The notes: a model not told the origin generated them from the sequence alone. 64,000 bases of DNA from Eledone cirrhosa (GCA_964016885.1 OZ024741.1:349990001-350054000); one strand, 5' to 3'. Positions 12,140 to 25,945 are shown, numbered from the stretch's first letter. Numbers and translations: made by a program.

Positions 12140-12560
12140 TGAGAGGAAAATGAAGGGAGAAACAATAACTATTAGACGAAAGAAGGAAGAAAGATGAAAG
12201 CGGAGAGGATTATAGACTCTACACCTAGGTCGGAGCGGTGTTTCGGCTGCGCCCCACGGACAAAATGACAAAGGCATTTCTGTGGACAAAAGCCAGCGAT
12301 ACCCTCTCCAACAGTCACACCACCAAGCGGGGCTCTTTCCTCAGACAGGCTGATATCGATCCGATTTTACGGAAGAGGTCAGGCGCCCGGAGTCCAAGGC
12401 CGCATGAGGTGTTGACGGTGACAGGAGCAAAGAGGAAGCGGCCGGACAAGCTTGTCTTCCTTGTCTCTGCATTGCGGCTCGTAGTACCGGAGTTTGTGGT
12501 CGAAGCGACTAAGTTGGGGGCGGAGAACGTGTCACAGCATATCGCATCTCATTAAGATAT
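12140..12560 (-). mobile_element. Probable PLE 3' end with hammerhead-like motif (12214-12350)
   Basis: Minus strand: CTGAGGA...GCCCCGC...GTGGGGC...GAAA CACC-loop-GGTG TA. Confidence 0.45.
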
Positions 12561-12799
12561 AACAGCATATATGTATGGATGACATACAGATTTAAATGAA
12601 TGAGTAACTTTGAAGAAATAACTATTTATACGGACTAATGAAGAATTAGAACTCAGGACCTTGTGGTGGGAAAATGAACAAGGTTTAATGTATAAGTATC
12701 TTTGGATAAATAACTATTTACAGAGATAAATGTATGATTAGAACCCTGGATTTTGTGATTGGAAGACGAACATCTTATTGTAGCAGTATAACTGATATA

Positions 12800-12962
12800 G
12801 GAAATGCATTGTGTGTCTTCTTCTCTTGTGACGCTAAACTCCGCCAATTGCAGGCTGCGCATAAACATGAGATTTTTTCTCCACAAAGTTCCATCACCAG
12901 CAACAGAGTTTAAAGTGCAAAGATCTAGTCCAGTCCATAAGTTGACATTATCAAGCCTCATT
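12800..12962 (-). mobile_element. RTE-like LINE 3' end remnant
   Basis: LDNVNLWTGLDLCTLNSVAGDGTLWRK resembles the RTE C-terminal W.D.......A.DR..WR motif. Confidence 0.5.
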
Positions 12963-13317
12963 GTGTGTATTAATTTGTAAAGAGATACATGCGGAGATAT
13001 ATATATATATAAATATGCGAAGACATATAGCCTATTTTTGTGGGGTTTTTTCATTATTATGGGGTTTTTTTCGTTTCCGTTACACATACATACGCATGCA
13101 CAAATATATATATCAAAACATAAAAAATTGCTGCCGGAGTCAACTTTGCCATTAATTCTATCAGGGTCGATAAATAGAGTACCAATAAGGGAGCGGTGCA
13201 TTGACAGAATTGTTAAAGCGTCAGGCGAGATATTTTTGTGGTATTTGGTATTTGTTCCACCACTTTCTATTCTGATTTCAACTTCTATACCATCTTGGAC
13301 TGTAGATGGTGCGGAAA

Positions 13318-13505
13318 ATAATGATTTCCGATTTAGGCACAAGGCCAACAATTTTGGTGGGAAGGAAAAGTCGATTAAATCGACTCCAGAGCGTTACTGG
13401 GACTTTATTTTATCGACCCTCGTAAGAATGAAAGACGAAGCTAACCTCGGCGGGATTTGAACTCAGAACGTAAAGTATTCTGTCCGATTCTGCCAATCCC
13501 CCACC
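13318..13505 (-). mobile_element. CORE-type SINE copy
   Basis: Same unit as the 2310-3540 cluster. Confidence 0.75.
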
Positions 13506-14089
13506 CTGATGATACAGAAAATAATTGCCTCATGCAACGTTTACTCTGTATCTTACACTCTTAAATAGCAGCAAGAAAAGGTAAAAATAAACAGGAGCCA
13601 ATAGAAAAATTAGACCGAAAAAGCTGTTTCCATTGATCCTTCTATTGCCGGACTCAACTCATAGGGGCTCAAGTTGTCGAGCTCTTCTCAGTGGGCCCTG
13701 GAAACTGATCACTGATCACTGATTTCGATTAGGCGAACAACAGTATCCAGAGACAGCAACAGTCTTATACGCAAGAAGAAGAAATCCTGACAGTAGTCTC
13801 ACTGCATTTCCGGTGAGAGAATGCGGGATATGAACTCAGAATGTATAAAGCTGGAAAACATACAGCAAAACATCCCGCCCGACTCTTTTTCTATTCAGTC
13901 AAGCCACTGTTCCTGGACTGGTACTCTATTTAAGGATGACAAGCAAAATTGACCAAGCTAGGGTTTGAACTCAATGCATAGAAAAAGCTCCTCCACAAAA
14001 TGTTATTTCCAGTCATTTGTACACTTACTTAGACAGTAAATACAAAACGCACGCACTAGCACACCTACACACACACAAACACTCACACT

Positions 14090-14199
14090 CATATATATAT
14101 ATATATATACACATATATATGTTTGTATGTATGTATGTATATATGTGTGTGTGTGTGTGTGTGTATTTATGCATATATATATATAATATAAAACCATGA

Positions 14200-14251
<52 letters not shown>

Positions 14252-14276
14252 TATATATATATACATATATATATAC

Positions 14277-14329
<53 letters not shown>

Positions 14330-14439
14330 TATATATATATATACACATATATATATACATATATATATATATACATATATATACACACGTATATATATAT
14401 ACACACACACATATACATATATATTCATATACAAATATA

Positions 14440-14486
<47 letters not shown>

Positions 14487-14555
14487 GTACATATATATAC
14501 ACACGTATATATATATACACACACACATATACATATATATTCATATACATATATA

Positions 14556-14606
<51 letters not shown>

Positions 14607-14892
14607 GCAGAAGGTAGTATTTATTGTATTCTGACAAAGGGAAATAATTAGCATTCATAGGTGACTAAAACGGAAGAGTTTAAACAAACATCCTCCTCGA
14701 CAGTATCAGTTTGTGAATACGATATTTAACGGTCTATTCAACTATGTCTAATATTCTATTGCTATATTTTGAACCTGAAATATAACTATTATTTAATAGT
14801 TCCTGCACTGACAGCTTCACCCTATCTTTATATATATGGATATATATATGGATATATATATATATATATATATATGTGGATATATATATATG

Positions 14893-14959
<67 letters not shown>

Positions 14960-15157
14960 TATATATACATATATATATATTATATATACATATATATATA
15001 TATGTATATATGTATATATATATATATATACATCAGAGTTTAGCTTTAAACTATCTCTGTTATTGTATTAATTATATATATATATATATTATATATACAT
15101 ATATATATATTATATATATATGTATATATATATATAATATATATATATGTATATATA

Positions 15158-15218
<61 letters not shown>

Positions 15219-15239
15219 ATATATATATATGTATATATA

Positions 15240-15324
<85 letters not shown>

Positions 15325-15335
15325 CATATATATAC

Positions 15336-15418
<83 letters not shown>

Positions 15419-15525
15419 CATATACATGTGTGTGTATTTGAAATGCTTCTGTTAGTTATCGATACAAATATGAATATATGAATATTATTTATGCGTAAAT
15501 CTATGTATATATTCTATATGCACAT

Positions 15526-15584
<59 letters not shown>

Positions 15585-15590
15585 GTATAC
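14090..15590. repeat. Compound (TA)n/(CA)n microsatellite field
   Basis: Direct reading. Confidence 0.9.
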
Positions 15591-15803
15591 ATATGTTAAT
15601 ATACTCCTGTGTTAGTTACAGATATGATTGTGTATGTATCTGTATTATATATTATATAATAGAGACATTGTGTTTTATTCTTACAACCGAAATTCGGACC
15701 CCACTCTCAATAGAAAAAATTGACTTCCTCCGATAAACCTTTCGAATAACAATGAGTATGTTTAAATAATCAGCAGCACGTAATAACATGTATACCCAGT
15801 GTA

Positions 15804-15875
<72 letters not shown>

Positions 15876-16243
15876 TATGTATATGTTTATGGACATATAT
15901 ACAGGATACATGTATATATATATACAGGAAACGGCTGAATGGCAAAGAACGCTTTACTCATAATCATGAAATACTGGTTCGATCTATGGTAGAAAAAAAT
16001 TCACTTGGACAAGTGTTTTTCAATGTACCCTCGTGTTGACTCGAGGTTCATCAGTGAAAATTGGCCGACAGAAACTATTTTCAGGTTCAGCTAATTGATT
16101 TAACTCTAATTCGAAGATCCAGCCTTTTCATTGAATGTGTAGCACTGATTATCCTCGATAATGACATTCGTGATATACGTTTGTAGAATAATCAAACACA
16201 ATATATATATATATATATTGTAAAAATGCAAAACCATATATAC

Positions 16244-16538
16244 CAGGGGTGTGCAACATATTCCATTGTAGGGCAACTTTTAAACATTGGAACAACTATT
16301 AAGGCCATTAATATTTATTATGCACTATTCCAAAGATTCACCACAACTTCTTTCCATAACATGGAACTGGGAAATTATAACACACATAACCCTATCAGTG
16401 AAGCCCTTTAGTAGAAGTCAACTAACAGAAAAGTGTATTCTGGTTAGGAAAAAATTCTAAATAAGTCTACGAGGTAAAAATTAAAAACGGTCATCGTGGG
16501 CCACTCTGACTGGTCTGGCGGGTCGGATTACGCCCCTG
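16244..16538. mobile_element. hAT-superfamily MITE
   Basis: Termini CAGGGGTG... and ...CGCCCCTG; perfect 8-bp TSD ATATATAC at 16236-16243 and 16539-16546. Confidence 0.78.
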
Positions 16539-16659
16539 ATATATACAGACTATTAGCTGACCATTGATTCCCATGAATTCCACCGCCCTTTGACGTGTCA
16601 TGTTTTTCATACCACAGAATGTCCAAAATTCGCCCAGTTCACCAAACAAATTTGGTGGC

Positions 16660-16824
16660 GTTATGTTACAAGTAGAGCTCAAAAGTGATCTGATATGTGA
16701 GAGTGTTGTCCTTCTGGGAATTGTCTTGATACTAGTGTGGTTTGTGGTGGCTCTTTCAGACATGTCATCGGTTGTCCGCTATCCTGACGATACAAATATT
16801 GCACAGACAATCAAGAAATTGATT

Positions 16825-16825
<1 letters not shown>
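16660..16825 (+). mobile_element. Highly decayed CR1-like RT fragment
   Basis: SVVLLGIVLILVWF...VRYPDDTNI resembles SGVPQGTVLGPLLF...YADDTKI. Confidence 0.5.
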
Positions 16826-16863
<38 letters not shown>

Positions 16864-17065
16864 ACTAGAAATTGATTGACATATATATATATAATAAACA
16901 TATGAAACAATCACAGGGAATAATTTGTAAAGTGTGTAAGCACACACAGTTAGGTACGTAACTAATTAAAGTTTAACTAGAACTTCAAATATAGATACCT
17001 TTTAAAATGATTAATCTCCTTTGAGTATATTCTACAGTGGATATGGCGCATGTCTCTCATGGAAA

Positions 17066-17233
17066 CACAAATTTAATTAACTTTGAAAACCAACCAACGC
17101 ATTAGAAAGAAAATTGAATTGCTAAGATAACAAAAGAATCATTAAATTTGCTAAGGTATGATTCTTTTTGTTATCTTAGCAATTTAATTGTCTTTCTAAT
17201 ACATTGTTTGGTTTTCAAAATTATTTAAATTGT
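17066..17233. repeat. Imperfect inverted repeat (~75-bp arms) abutting (TA)n
   Basis: TTTGAAAACCAA...TTGCTAAGATAACAAAAGAATCAT paired with ATGATTCTTTTTGTTATCTTAGCAA...TTGGTTTTCAAA. Confidence 0.75.
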
Positions 17234-18177
17234 ATATATATATATATATATTCGAAATAAGGTATTTTAATATATCCCACACGGGTAAAAATATATGAAA
17301 AAGAAGTTGAAAATGCAATTGGAGACTTTAAGAAGGTTTATTTACAATGATTTATAACTTTACCGGTTTCACAAGTTGTGTGACTATGCCGGCTTGTAAC
17401 TCACATCTAACTGATGTTGGGAATTTTTTCAATTTCATGCAAAAAAAATGTTGCATCGAACTTTTTAGATATTGTGCGCCAAAAATCGGGAATGTCGTGT
17501 TTCTTTCAGGTTTTTACAGTAAAGTAGATGAAGTTTAAAGTATACTTTGAGACGCTGCGGATCATCACGTGACTAGACACCGTATTTGGTGGTAATTTAG
17601 CGCCAAAAAAAACGGGAGTGTCGTGTTTTAGTGAATATAGACAGTAGCAAAAAGAGACAGTGAGAAAAAAAGAATCGTTATGGCGTTTCTGACTCACTGT
17701 GCTCCGAGTTAAAATCCCATCGAAATCAACGTTGCTTTTCATCCTTTCAAGGTCGATAAATAAAGTACCAGTCCAGCACGGTAGGCGATTCTTCATTTCT
17801 CTGTCTTTATTGCTTATGATCTACATGGCAACGGTGTAATTTGTTTTTTAAGCAATAAATGTTATGTAGATTATATTGAACTCTATACCGTTTCCCTCCC
17901 CGCAGTCTCTGTAGGACTTTTGATATCAGGAAAAGTATATCTTCAATGTGCAGGCTTAGGAAAGTTCTTTTTTAACCTGAAATTAACTAGCAGTCGTTCA
18001 TTCTCGCAAGTTTCTACTCTCCCCTCCACCGATGTTATATATCTAGTCTTTTCTGTTGCAATTGTTTAGTCTCGATTCAACCGCAACTGTTCAGATTTAG
18101 GATCAAATAAATTCTAACCATGGCCATCCTGACCTTTTACAAAACTATCTAAAATGATGATGCATTATTATCCATTG

Positions 18178-18372
18178 TGGGCGGTGGATTGGCAGTATTG
18201 GTAGAGGGTCGGACGCTATGCTATCCATCATAGAGTTACGTCCCTTTACGGTCAGAGTTTAAATACCGCCGAGGTTAACTTTGCCTTTCATCCTTACGGG
18301 GTCGATAAAATAAAGTACTAGTAATGCATTGAGATAATTGCTGTCCTTGTGCCAAAAGTAGAAACAGTTATT
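18178..18372 (+). mobile_element. CORE-type SINE, full-length copy
   Basis: tRNA-like head, core and tail as in the other copies. Confidence 0.8.
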
Positions 18373-18853
18373 ATCCAATGTATTCTGCTCAATTTAAGAC
18401 TGAAAATGCGATTTGAGTAAGAATTTGCTACTATTTTTAGCAGACAGGGGTTTATTTGTTGACTCGCAAATATCACATTCCTTCCCATGCAATAATAGAG
18501 CGAAATAATGAAGTATATATGATGCCATTTCAAATAAGTGACGAAAAATATAAACACATCGTTAAAATGACCTCGTGTAAGGTTGATAAATGAAGGTTAA
18601 AATGTCAACGTTGTTCTACAAAAATTATAGTGGAAATGTTAACATTAAGACATCATATATCAGTGACGTAACTGCGCAAGTGTTGCAGTTTAATGTAATT
18701 GAAAGAAGAGATTTTTTATTTTTTTAAATGGCGACATTTAAGATATGTATTTAAAAGACTTGATTATATGCAGACATTCTACGCCATTTCGATCGCTGAA
18801 AATATGTAGATACTATGACATCATTTTGGAGAGAAATATGTGCAATGTATGTA

Positions 18854-18911
<58 letters not shown>

Positions 18912-19027
18912 TATATTATATTATATCATATTATACTATATTATATTATATATACACACGCACACATATACATTCATATAAGTATTCACACACATATATA
19001 TATATATGTTAACATACACAAGCATAT

Positions 19028-19077
<50 letters not shown>

Positions 19078-19140
19078 TCTTTCACTCCTTTATGTGTTTC
19101 AGCCAATTGTCAGAGGCCATGCTGGGACCCCGCCATTTAT

Positions 19141-19233
19141 AAACATATGGAATGCTTCATGAATTTGCATGTCATCCTTGCGCAGGGGTCACGCTCATCA
19201 TCTCTGTATCATTCCAATGTACTGCCGAAGCAG
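19141..19233 (-). pseudogene. U6: U6 snRNA pseudogene
   Basis: Reverse complement reads CTTCGGCAGTACA[deletion]TTGGAATGATACAGAGATGATGAGCGTGACCCCTGCGCAAGGATGACATGCAAATTCATGAAGCATTCCATATGTTT. This is U6 with the ACAGAGA box intact, a ~10-nt internal deletion and several CpG-type substitutions. Confidence 0.9.
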
Positions 19234-19249
19234 TATATATATATATATG

Positions 19250-19290
<41 letters not shown>

Positions 19291-19295
<5 letters not shown>

Positions 19296-19472
19296 AACCA
19301 GTAAGACCCCGACAGCTGAGCTCAAGCCGTTTCTGAGTCCAGAATTAGCCGTCGAAACGGCTTGAGCTCAGCTGTCGGGGTCTTACTGGTTCCTATTACC
19401 CACTCTACTACCTCAAGTATTGAGTACTTTGGTGCGTTATGGTCCACCTGGTTCCTTACCACATTTCCTTCG

Positions 19473-19475
<3 letters not shown>
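19291..19475 (+). mobile_element. Fold-back family A element
   Basis: Short inverted arm ending at CCTAT/(TA)n; long arm with the same tail as 1283 and 45750. Confidence 0.75.
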
Positions 19476-19515
<40 letters not shown>

Positions 19516-19518
<3 letters not shown>

Positions 19519-19650
19519 GTAGAACACTGGAAGGTAATATCCGTAGTGGTAGAGCACTCAGTCCATAGGACGAGTTAGGTAGAAGTGGTTACACAATAGT
19601 TAGTTCACCATACCGAGAACAATTGTGAACTAACTGTTGTGTAACCACTT

Positions 19651-19652
<2 letters not shown>
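19516..19652. repeat. Fold-back insertion in (TA)n (27-bp arms at 19582-19608 and 19625-19651)
   Basis: GAAGTGGTTACACAATAGTTAGTTCAC paired with GTGAACTAACTGTTGTGTAACCACTTC. Confidence 0.7.
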
Positions 19653-19688
<36 letters not shown>

Positions 19689-19699
19689 GTATACGTATG

Positions 19700-19794
<95 letters not shown>

Positions 19795-20517
19795 ATTTAT
19801 GTGAGTGTGTGCCTGTGTTTGTGTCTAGGTGCGTGTCATATTTCTAGGATTGTAACAAATGATTTGCTTACACATAATACAGACCTTAGCAGGTTAGCGA
19901 TCCCACGTAGCTCAGAGCGATATTCCAATCACTCAAGGCTCTTGTACAAAGCATGTTACTACTTTCACCTAAATCATGCACATTGTGCCTTATCAAAATT
20001 CATTGAATCAGAAAACTTCATTTCAGCAACATAACAGATTATGTATTGTGAGTTTCGTTGGGTGAATTTCAATGACGAGATGCATTTCTGCTTTGTTACG
20101 TATTGACGGCCAAATGATACATCGCAGTTTAGAGTTGTGGTCTAGATTTTATTGTTTATGACAATACATAAACTATGTATGACAGATATTTATATGTATG
20201 TATGGATGTATGTCTGCATGGAAGAATTATATATATATATATATATATATATTTGTAGTTTTTCCAAATTGAAGGATGAGTATTTAAGCTTTATTTTATT
20301 CTGAGTTAAGGCTCTATTGATTTTTCCCTGGATTTCACAAAATTCTATGGATTAATATATGTCTTGATTTTTTTTTAATTGAGTTTGAATTATTTTCCCA
20401 CATCTTACGTTAACTATTTTTCCATTTTGACGTTATAGTCACTTATATATTATGAAATACTGTTGGCTTCACGCTCACAATAATTTCTATACTTTTCATT
20501 TATATATATATATATGT

Positions 20518-20651
20518 AGATCCCGGGTTAAATCGAGGGTAACCACAGTAAGTAAGGTACTCAATACATAGCAGAGTAAAAGTAATTTAATATAGAAATG
20601 GCTTCTACAGGACTAGAACTGTTTCATTCGGAGGAAATCATCAGAAAGCCT
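20518..20651 (-). ncRNA. Family B short element with a complete type I hammerhead ribozyme (20600-20650)
   Basis: GGCTTT CTGATGA TTTCCTCCGAAT GAAA CAG-TTCTAGTC-CTG TA GAAGCC: stems I and III pair, core intact, GUA cleavage triplet; stem II is weak. Confidence 0.65.
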
Positions 20652-20666
20652 ATATATACATATATA

Positions 20667-20786
<120 letters not shown>

Positions 20787-21191
20787 AACTTTAATTATAT
20801 CTCATATAAAATAATACAACTGGCTTTCCGCAAAATACATATAGTTAGCACCCCAAACACTAAATTGGGATTATACTAACGTATAACCTAATGTTTGTTG
20901 AGTGAGATGGTTACCAGTCGGAGTTTAGCTTAAAGCTTTCTCTGTTATTGTATTAAATATATATATTACATTCATATGATTTATTGATTTATTGATATTT
21001 TATCTGAGTGACCCGAATCTTCCTGATCGTAATTTTTCGGTCGCATGGGTGATTTTAGACATAATCTTTGTGTGTTGGTATTTTAACGATAGTTATAGCT
21101 CTGATTTATCTGAATTATTGAGCCCTCTGCCACTCATGTCGAATTTGTTTATCGTAAACTCGTGAGCCGATTTTTCGATACTCGATTATTC

Positions 21192-21228
<37 letters not shown>

Positions 21229-21231
<3 letters not shown>

Positions 21232-22825
21232 TGCCCCGCAAAAGTTTACCACACATTAGGAAAAGTGTGGTTTTAGGTATTTTTAATAAAGTTAGGGTAA
21301 TGAAAATTTAACTACTGATAGAACATATAATGAGGCATTTAATGATACAATCATATTTTAAAAAAAATAACAAGGAAATAACTCATTAAGAAAAATCAAT
21401 ATTTTTATAACGCAAAAGTTTACAACACATTTATTAAATCATCTCTTAATATTTCGTAACGTAACCTTTGTTGCTAATTATAGCCTGTAGGCGTTTGGAA
21501 TAGCCTTCTACAAACTTCTTGCATGTTTCTTGGCTAATATTTTTCCATTCTTCACAACAAATTTTCTTTAGTTCAGGGATATTTTGGGGTTTCCTTTTTT
21601 GAATTCTGAGTTTCAGTTCTCTCCACAAATTTTCGATCGGGTTAAGATCTGGAGACTGACATGGCCATTTTAGAACATTTATTCCATTCGTACTTAACCA
21701 AGATTGTGTTAGCTTTGCAGTATGCTTTGGATCGTTATCTTGTTGAAAAAACCAACCTGGCTTTAAGCTGAGAGAATGTGCACTTTGATGTAAATTCCTT
21801 TGCAAAATACCTCTATAATAAGCGCCACCTATTCTTCCTTCTATTATTTCAATATTTCCTAAAGCAACCCCAGACCATGATTGATCCACCTCCAAATTTT
21901 ACAGTTGGAATAGTATTCTTCGGCGAATATTCAGTACTTTACTTTCTCCAAACTTTTGCCACAGCATTTCGACCAAAAAGTTCAATTTTTGTTTCGTCCG
22001 ACTAAAGTACGTCTTCCCAAAATGACGCAGGTTTGATGAGATCATTTGCAAAGTTTAATCGACGAAGAACGTGTTTCCTTGTAAGAAGTGGTGTTTTCCT
22101 CGGAGACCTTGAGAAGATATTATATCGACCAAGTGAACGACTAATTGTATCTGTGCTCACTTTTACTCCACTTTCTTCTAGGTCATCCTGAAGATTTTAA
22201 AGAGTACACCGGAGTTCGTTGCCAACCTTTCTCATCAATAACCGAGCTGCACGTTCCGTTATCTTTCTAGGACGACCAGAACTAATTAGAGGACAGATGG
22301 AATGATGAGATTTCCAGTGACGAATTATAGTACCAACTGAACTCAATGGCACATTTAACTGACAAGATATCTTTCTATAACCAACACCATTTGTATGAAG
22401 GTCTACAATGCTTTTATGGAGGTCTTGATCAATCAGTTTATTTTTTCCCCATATTGTCAATCTTTACAGGATGGTTGTCAATGTTTACAGGATGGTTGTC
22501 AGACAAATAATGACGTAATGTTTTTAATAGTCCTTAGAAGTTACCTTAAACCTAATCTAGAACATTCTACTGAATTTTAAATCTGAAAATTTAAGAATTT
22601 TCTTGAAAAAAAGCGATAAATATAAAATGTGTTGTAAACTTTTGCGTTATAAAAATATTGATTTTTCTTCATGAGTTATTTTCCTTGTTATTTAAAAAAA
22701 ATATGATTGTATCATTAAATGCCTCATTATATGTTCTATCAGTAGTTAAATTTTCGTTACCCTAACTTTATTAAAAATACCTAAAACCGCATTTTTCCTA
22801 ATGTGTTGTAAACTTTTGCGGGGCA

Positions 22826-22828
<3 letters not shown>
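21229..22828 (-). mobile_element. Full-length (1600 bp) Tc1 DNA transposon, IR/DR type, in (TA)n
   Basis: CAGTG termini; ~205-bp TIRs, each containing two copies of CGCAAAAGTTTACAACACATT. Confidence 0.95.
21446..22452 (-). pseudogene. Tc1 transposase pseudogene (DD34E)
   Basis: GRPRK, VL*SDETKIELF, QQDNDPKH, SPDLNPIENLW (34 residues from D to E); stops near 22197 and 22003; frameshifts near the start and near 21860. Confidence 0.93.
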
Positions 22829-22904
<76 letters not shown>

Positions 22905-22905
22905 A

Positions 22906-22957
22906 CAACCTTACGATTGTGAATCCAATTCTGTAACCACTCAGCCACACACCTTCA
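22906..22957 (-). mobile_element. tRNA-derived SINE 5' head fragment
   Basis: TGAAGGTGTGTGGCTGAGTGGTTA (A box); nearly identical to 24158. Confidence 0.7.
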
Positions 22958-22958
22958 A

Positions 22959-23414
<456 letters not shown>

Positions 23415-23550
23415 ACGTGTGTGTATTCATATGCATACTAGTATTTCAGTATACATATGTAGATGTACATTTTTAACTTAATTGTTTAAGCGTCAGTCAT
23501 ACAAAAGTGAGTTACAAACGAAACGAAATTTAAATTCGTTTCGTTATTTG

Positions 23551-23586
<36 letters not shown>

Positions 23587-24157
23587 TGATAATAATAGGC
23601 TGCCCGTTGCAAATGGTGGGGCATATGAAAAAGTAAGTCCTTCATCAGTGACCCTCCAACCGTCCCAGGCATTTCATCGCTTTAAGGGCCATATGCCTCA
23701 GGTTGGTGCGAACAACGGCTAAAAAAAGTCGTTGGGACACGTAAACAAAGGGGACGCCAGGGTAACAAACAAAAAGGTTTAAGCAACGGAAAGTGAGAAG
23801 AAATAGACAAGTCCCAGATCTCTATGAATATAAACTCGGTGAAATCGTGAACAAGAGACGAAAGACCATCAAACCTGGTTGAAATGTGAGCAAGGAAAGA
23901 ATTTCGCACAAGTCTGACGGGGGGAAAAAAGAGAGAAGAAGAAGAAGAAGAAGAAGAAGAAGGGGTCTGGTCTACGAATTCGGTAAACATAAGTTTTGCG
24001 AAGTCGCAGACGAAAGAGAGAGAGAGAAAAAAATTTCCATACCAGCTTGGTCAAGACCGCGCGAGAAAAGAATTACACACAGGTCAAACTTGAAGGAGGA
24101 GGAGGAGAGGTAGTGACAGAGAATGAGTGAGTGAAAGTTTTATATATATATATATAT

Positions 24158-24290
24158 TGAAGGTGTGTGGCTGAGTGGTTAGAGAATTGGATTCACAATC
24201 GTTAAGGTTGTGAGTTCGATTCTTGGACCGGTCGATGCGTTATGTCCTTGAGCAAGACACTTTATTTCACGTTGCTCCTTCTACCTAGAT
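24158..24290 (+). mobile_element. tRNA-derived SINE 5' half
   Basis: A box TGGCTGAGTGG, B box GAGTTCGATTC, then CCTTGAGCAAGACACTT as at 50677. Confidence 0.75.
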
Positions 24291-24698
24291 TTGCGACCGA
24301 TAGATAGTACTAGCAACTGGAAAGACCAACGGAAACATTGTTTCCTCGGTCCGATTTGACGAAAGTCGATCGATAAAACTATATATATATAAAGCAAGAG
24401 AAAGAGAAAAAAATTGGAAATAGCACGGAAAATATATTTGTGGGTCTGTTTTTCTTTTTCTTTTCACCCCTTTCTTTGATTTGTTAAAGTGACATTATTG
24501 AAAAATGAGAGAGACAATTCTTTTTTAAAAAAGTGTTTTATAATGTATATAAAGTATATAAAGTATAACCGGTTTCGATGTATTAGTAAAATTCATCTTA
24601 TTACAATTAAAAAGAATGAATAAGAATTAAAAGCTAAAAATTAAAGATTTAAAATTAAGTGTTCAGGCAAGTTTTTTTTCATCTTCCATATACATACA

Positions 24699-24962
24699 TG
24701 ATGATGGCTGCCTCCCTCGTTATCGAGTATGGCCATTGCACGGTATACCATTATTAATAATTATTAATTAATTCTATCGTGCAATGCCTGTACGTGAAGA
24801 TATTTTTGAAAGTAAAGAAAGACTGAACTGAGACAATCCCACTCTCTGAACAACAGTAGCTATAACCTGAAAAGAAGAAAAGATCAACATCATCGGTAAC
24901 TACTGAGCCGCAGGTTTTATATCGAAGTTATCCCAGTTTCCTGAGTTGCCTTCTCCTAGAAA
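24699..24962 (-). mobile_element. RTE-derived short element, family E2, 3' part
   Basis: Reverse complement matches 28380-28647. Confidence 0.7.
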
Positions 24963-25073
24963 TGCTGACATATAAACACATATGTACATGTGTATATAGA
25001 TATTTGTATACATATATGCATACATATATATATATGCATGTACGCATGTATGCATGCATATATATATATATGT

Positions 25074-25129
<56 letters not shown>

Positions 25130-25171
25130 GTGTGTGTGTGTGCGTATGCGTGTGCGTGTGTGTGTGTGTGT

Positions 25172-25310
25172 GGGCTTCTGATGATTTCTCCCGAATGAAA
25201 CAGTTCTAGTCCTGTAGAAGCCATTTCGATATTAAATATTTTTTATACTCTGCTATGTATTGAGTACCTTACTTACTGTGGTTACCCGCGATTGAACCCA
25301 GGATAAACTT
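25172..25310 (+). ncRNA. Family B element with type I hammerhead (25173-25222)
   Basis: GGCTT CTGATGA TTTCTCCCGAAT GAAA CAG...CTG TA GAAGCC. Confidence 0.62.
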
Positions 25311-25425
25311 ATATATATATATATATATATTGATGCATACATACATATATACATATATACATATATACATATATACATATATACATATATATATATATGC
25401 GTGTGTGAGTGTGAGTGTGGTGTAT

Positions 25426-25530
<105 letters not shown>

Positions 25531-25909
25531 TCAGTATGTATGTATGTATGTATGTATATATATATATATGTGTGTGTGTATGTATGTAGATAGATATACG
25601 GGTATTTATTACAGTTAAAAAAGTAAGAGGAAATTTAACGTATTTAGAGAGCCATGACGACCAACATCTACCAAGGGACACTTTATTTTATGGTTGACAT
25701 CTCCTTTTGATATATCACCACCTCACCGGGGATAGACGTACAATACACTCTTTCACCTGGCTGTTTATTAATCTAGTTATCATTTCGGATGAGTTCTTTC
25801 TTAGAAATGTATATGTATACGTACGTATATATACATATATATACATATATATATACATATAAATATATACATATATATATATACATATGTATTTAGAGAG
25901 AGAAATGTA

Positions 25910-25945
<36 letters not shown>

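Noticed and set aside
12653-13460. 232-aa and 140-aa ORFs
   Set aside because: They run across SINE, microsatellite and RTE fragments; chimeric by chance.
24158-24230. tRNA genes (also 28676, 50677)
   Set aside because: A/B boxes continue into SINE body sequence with no acceptor stem; these are SINE heads.
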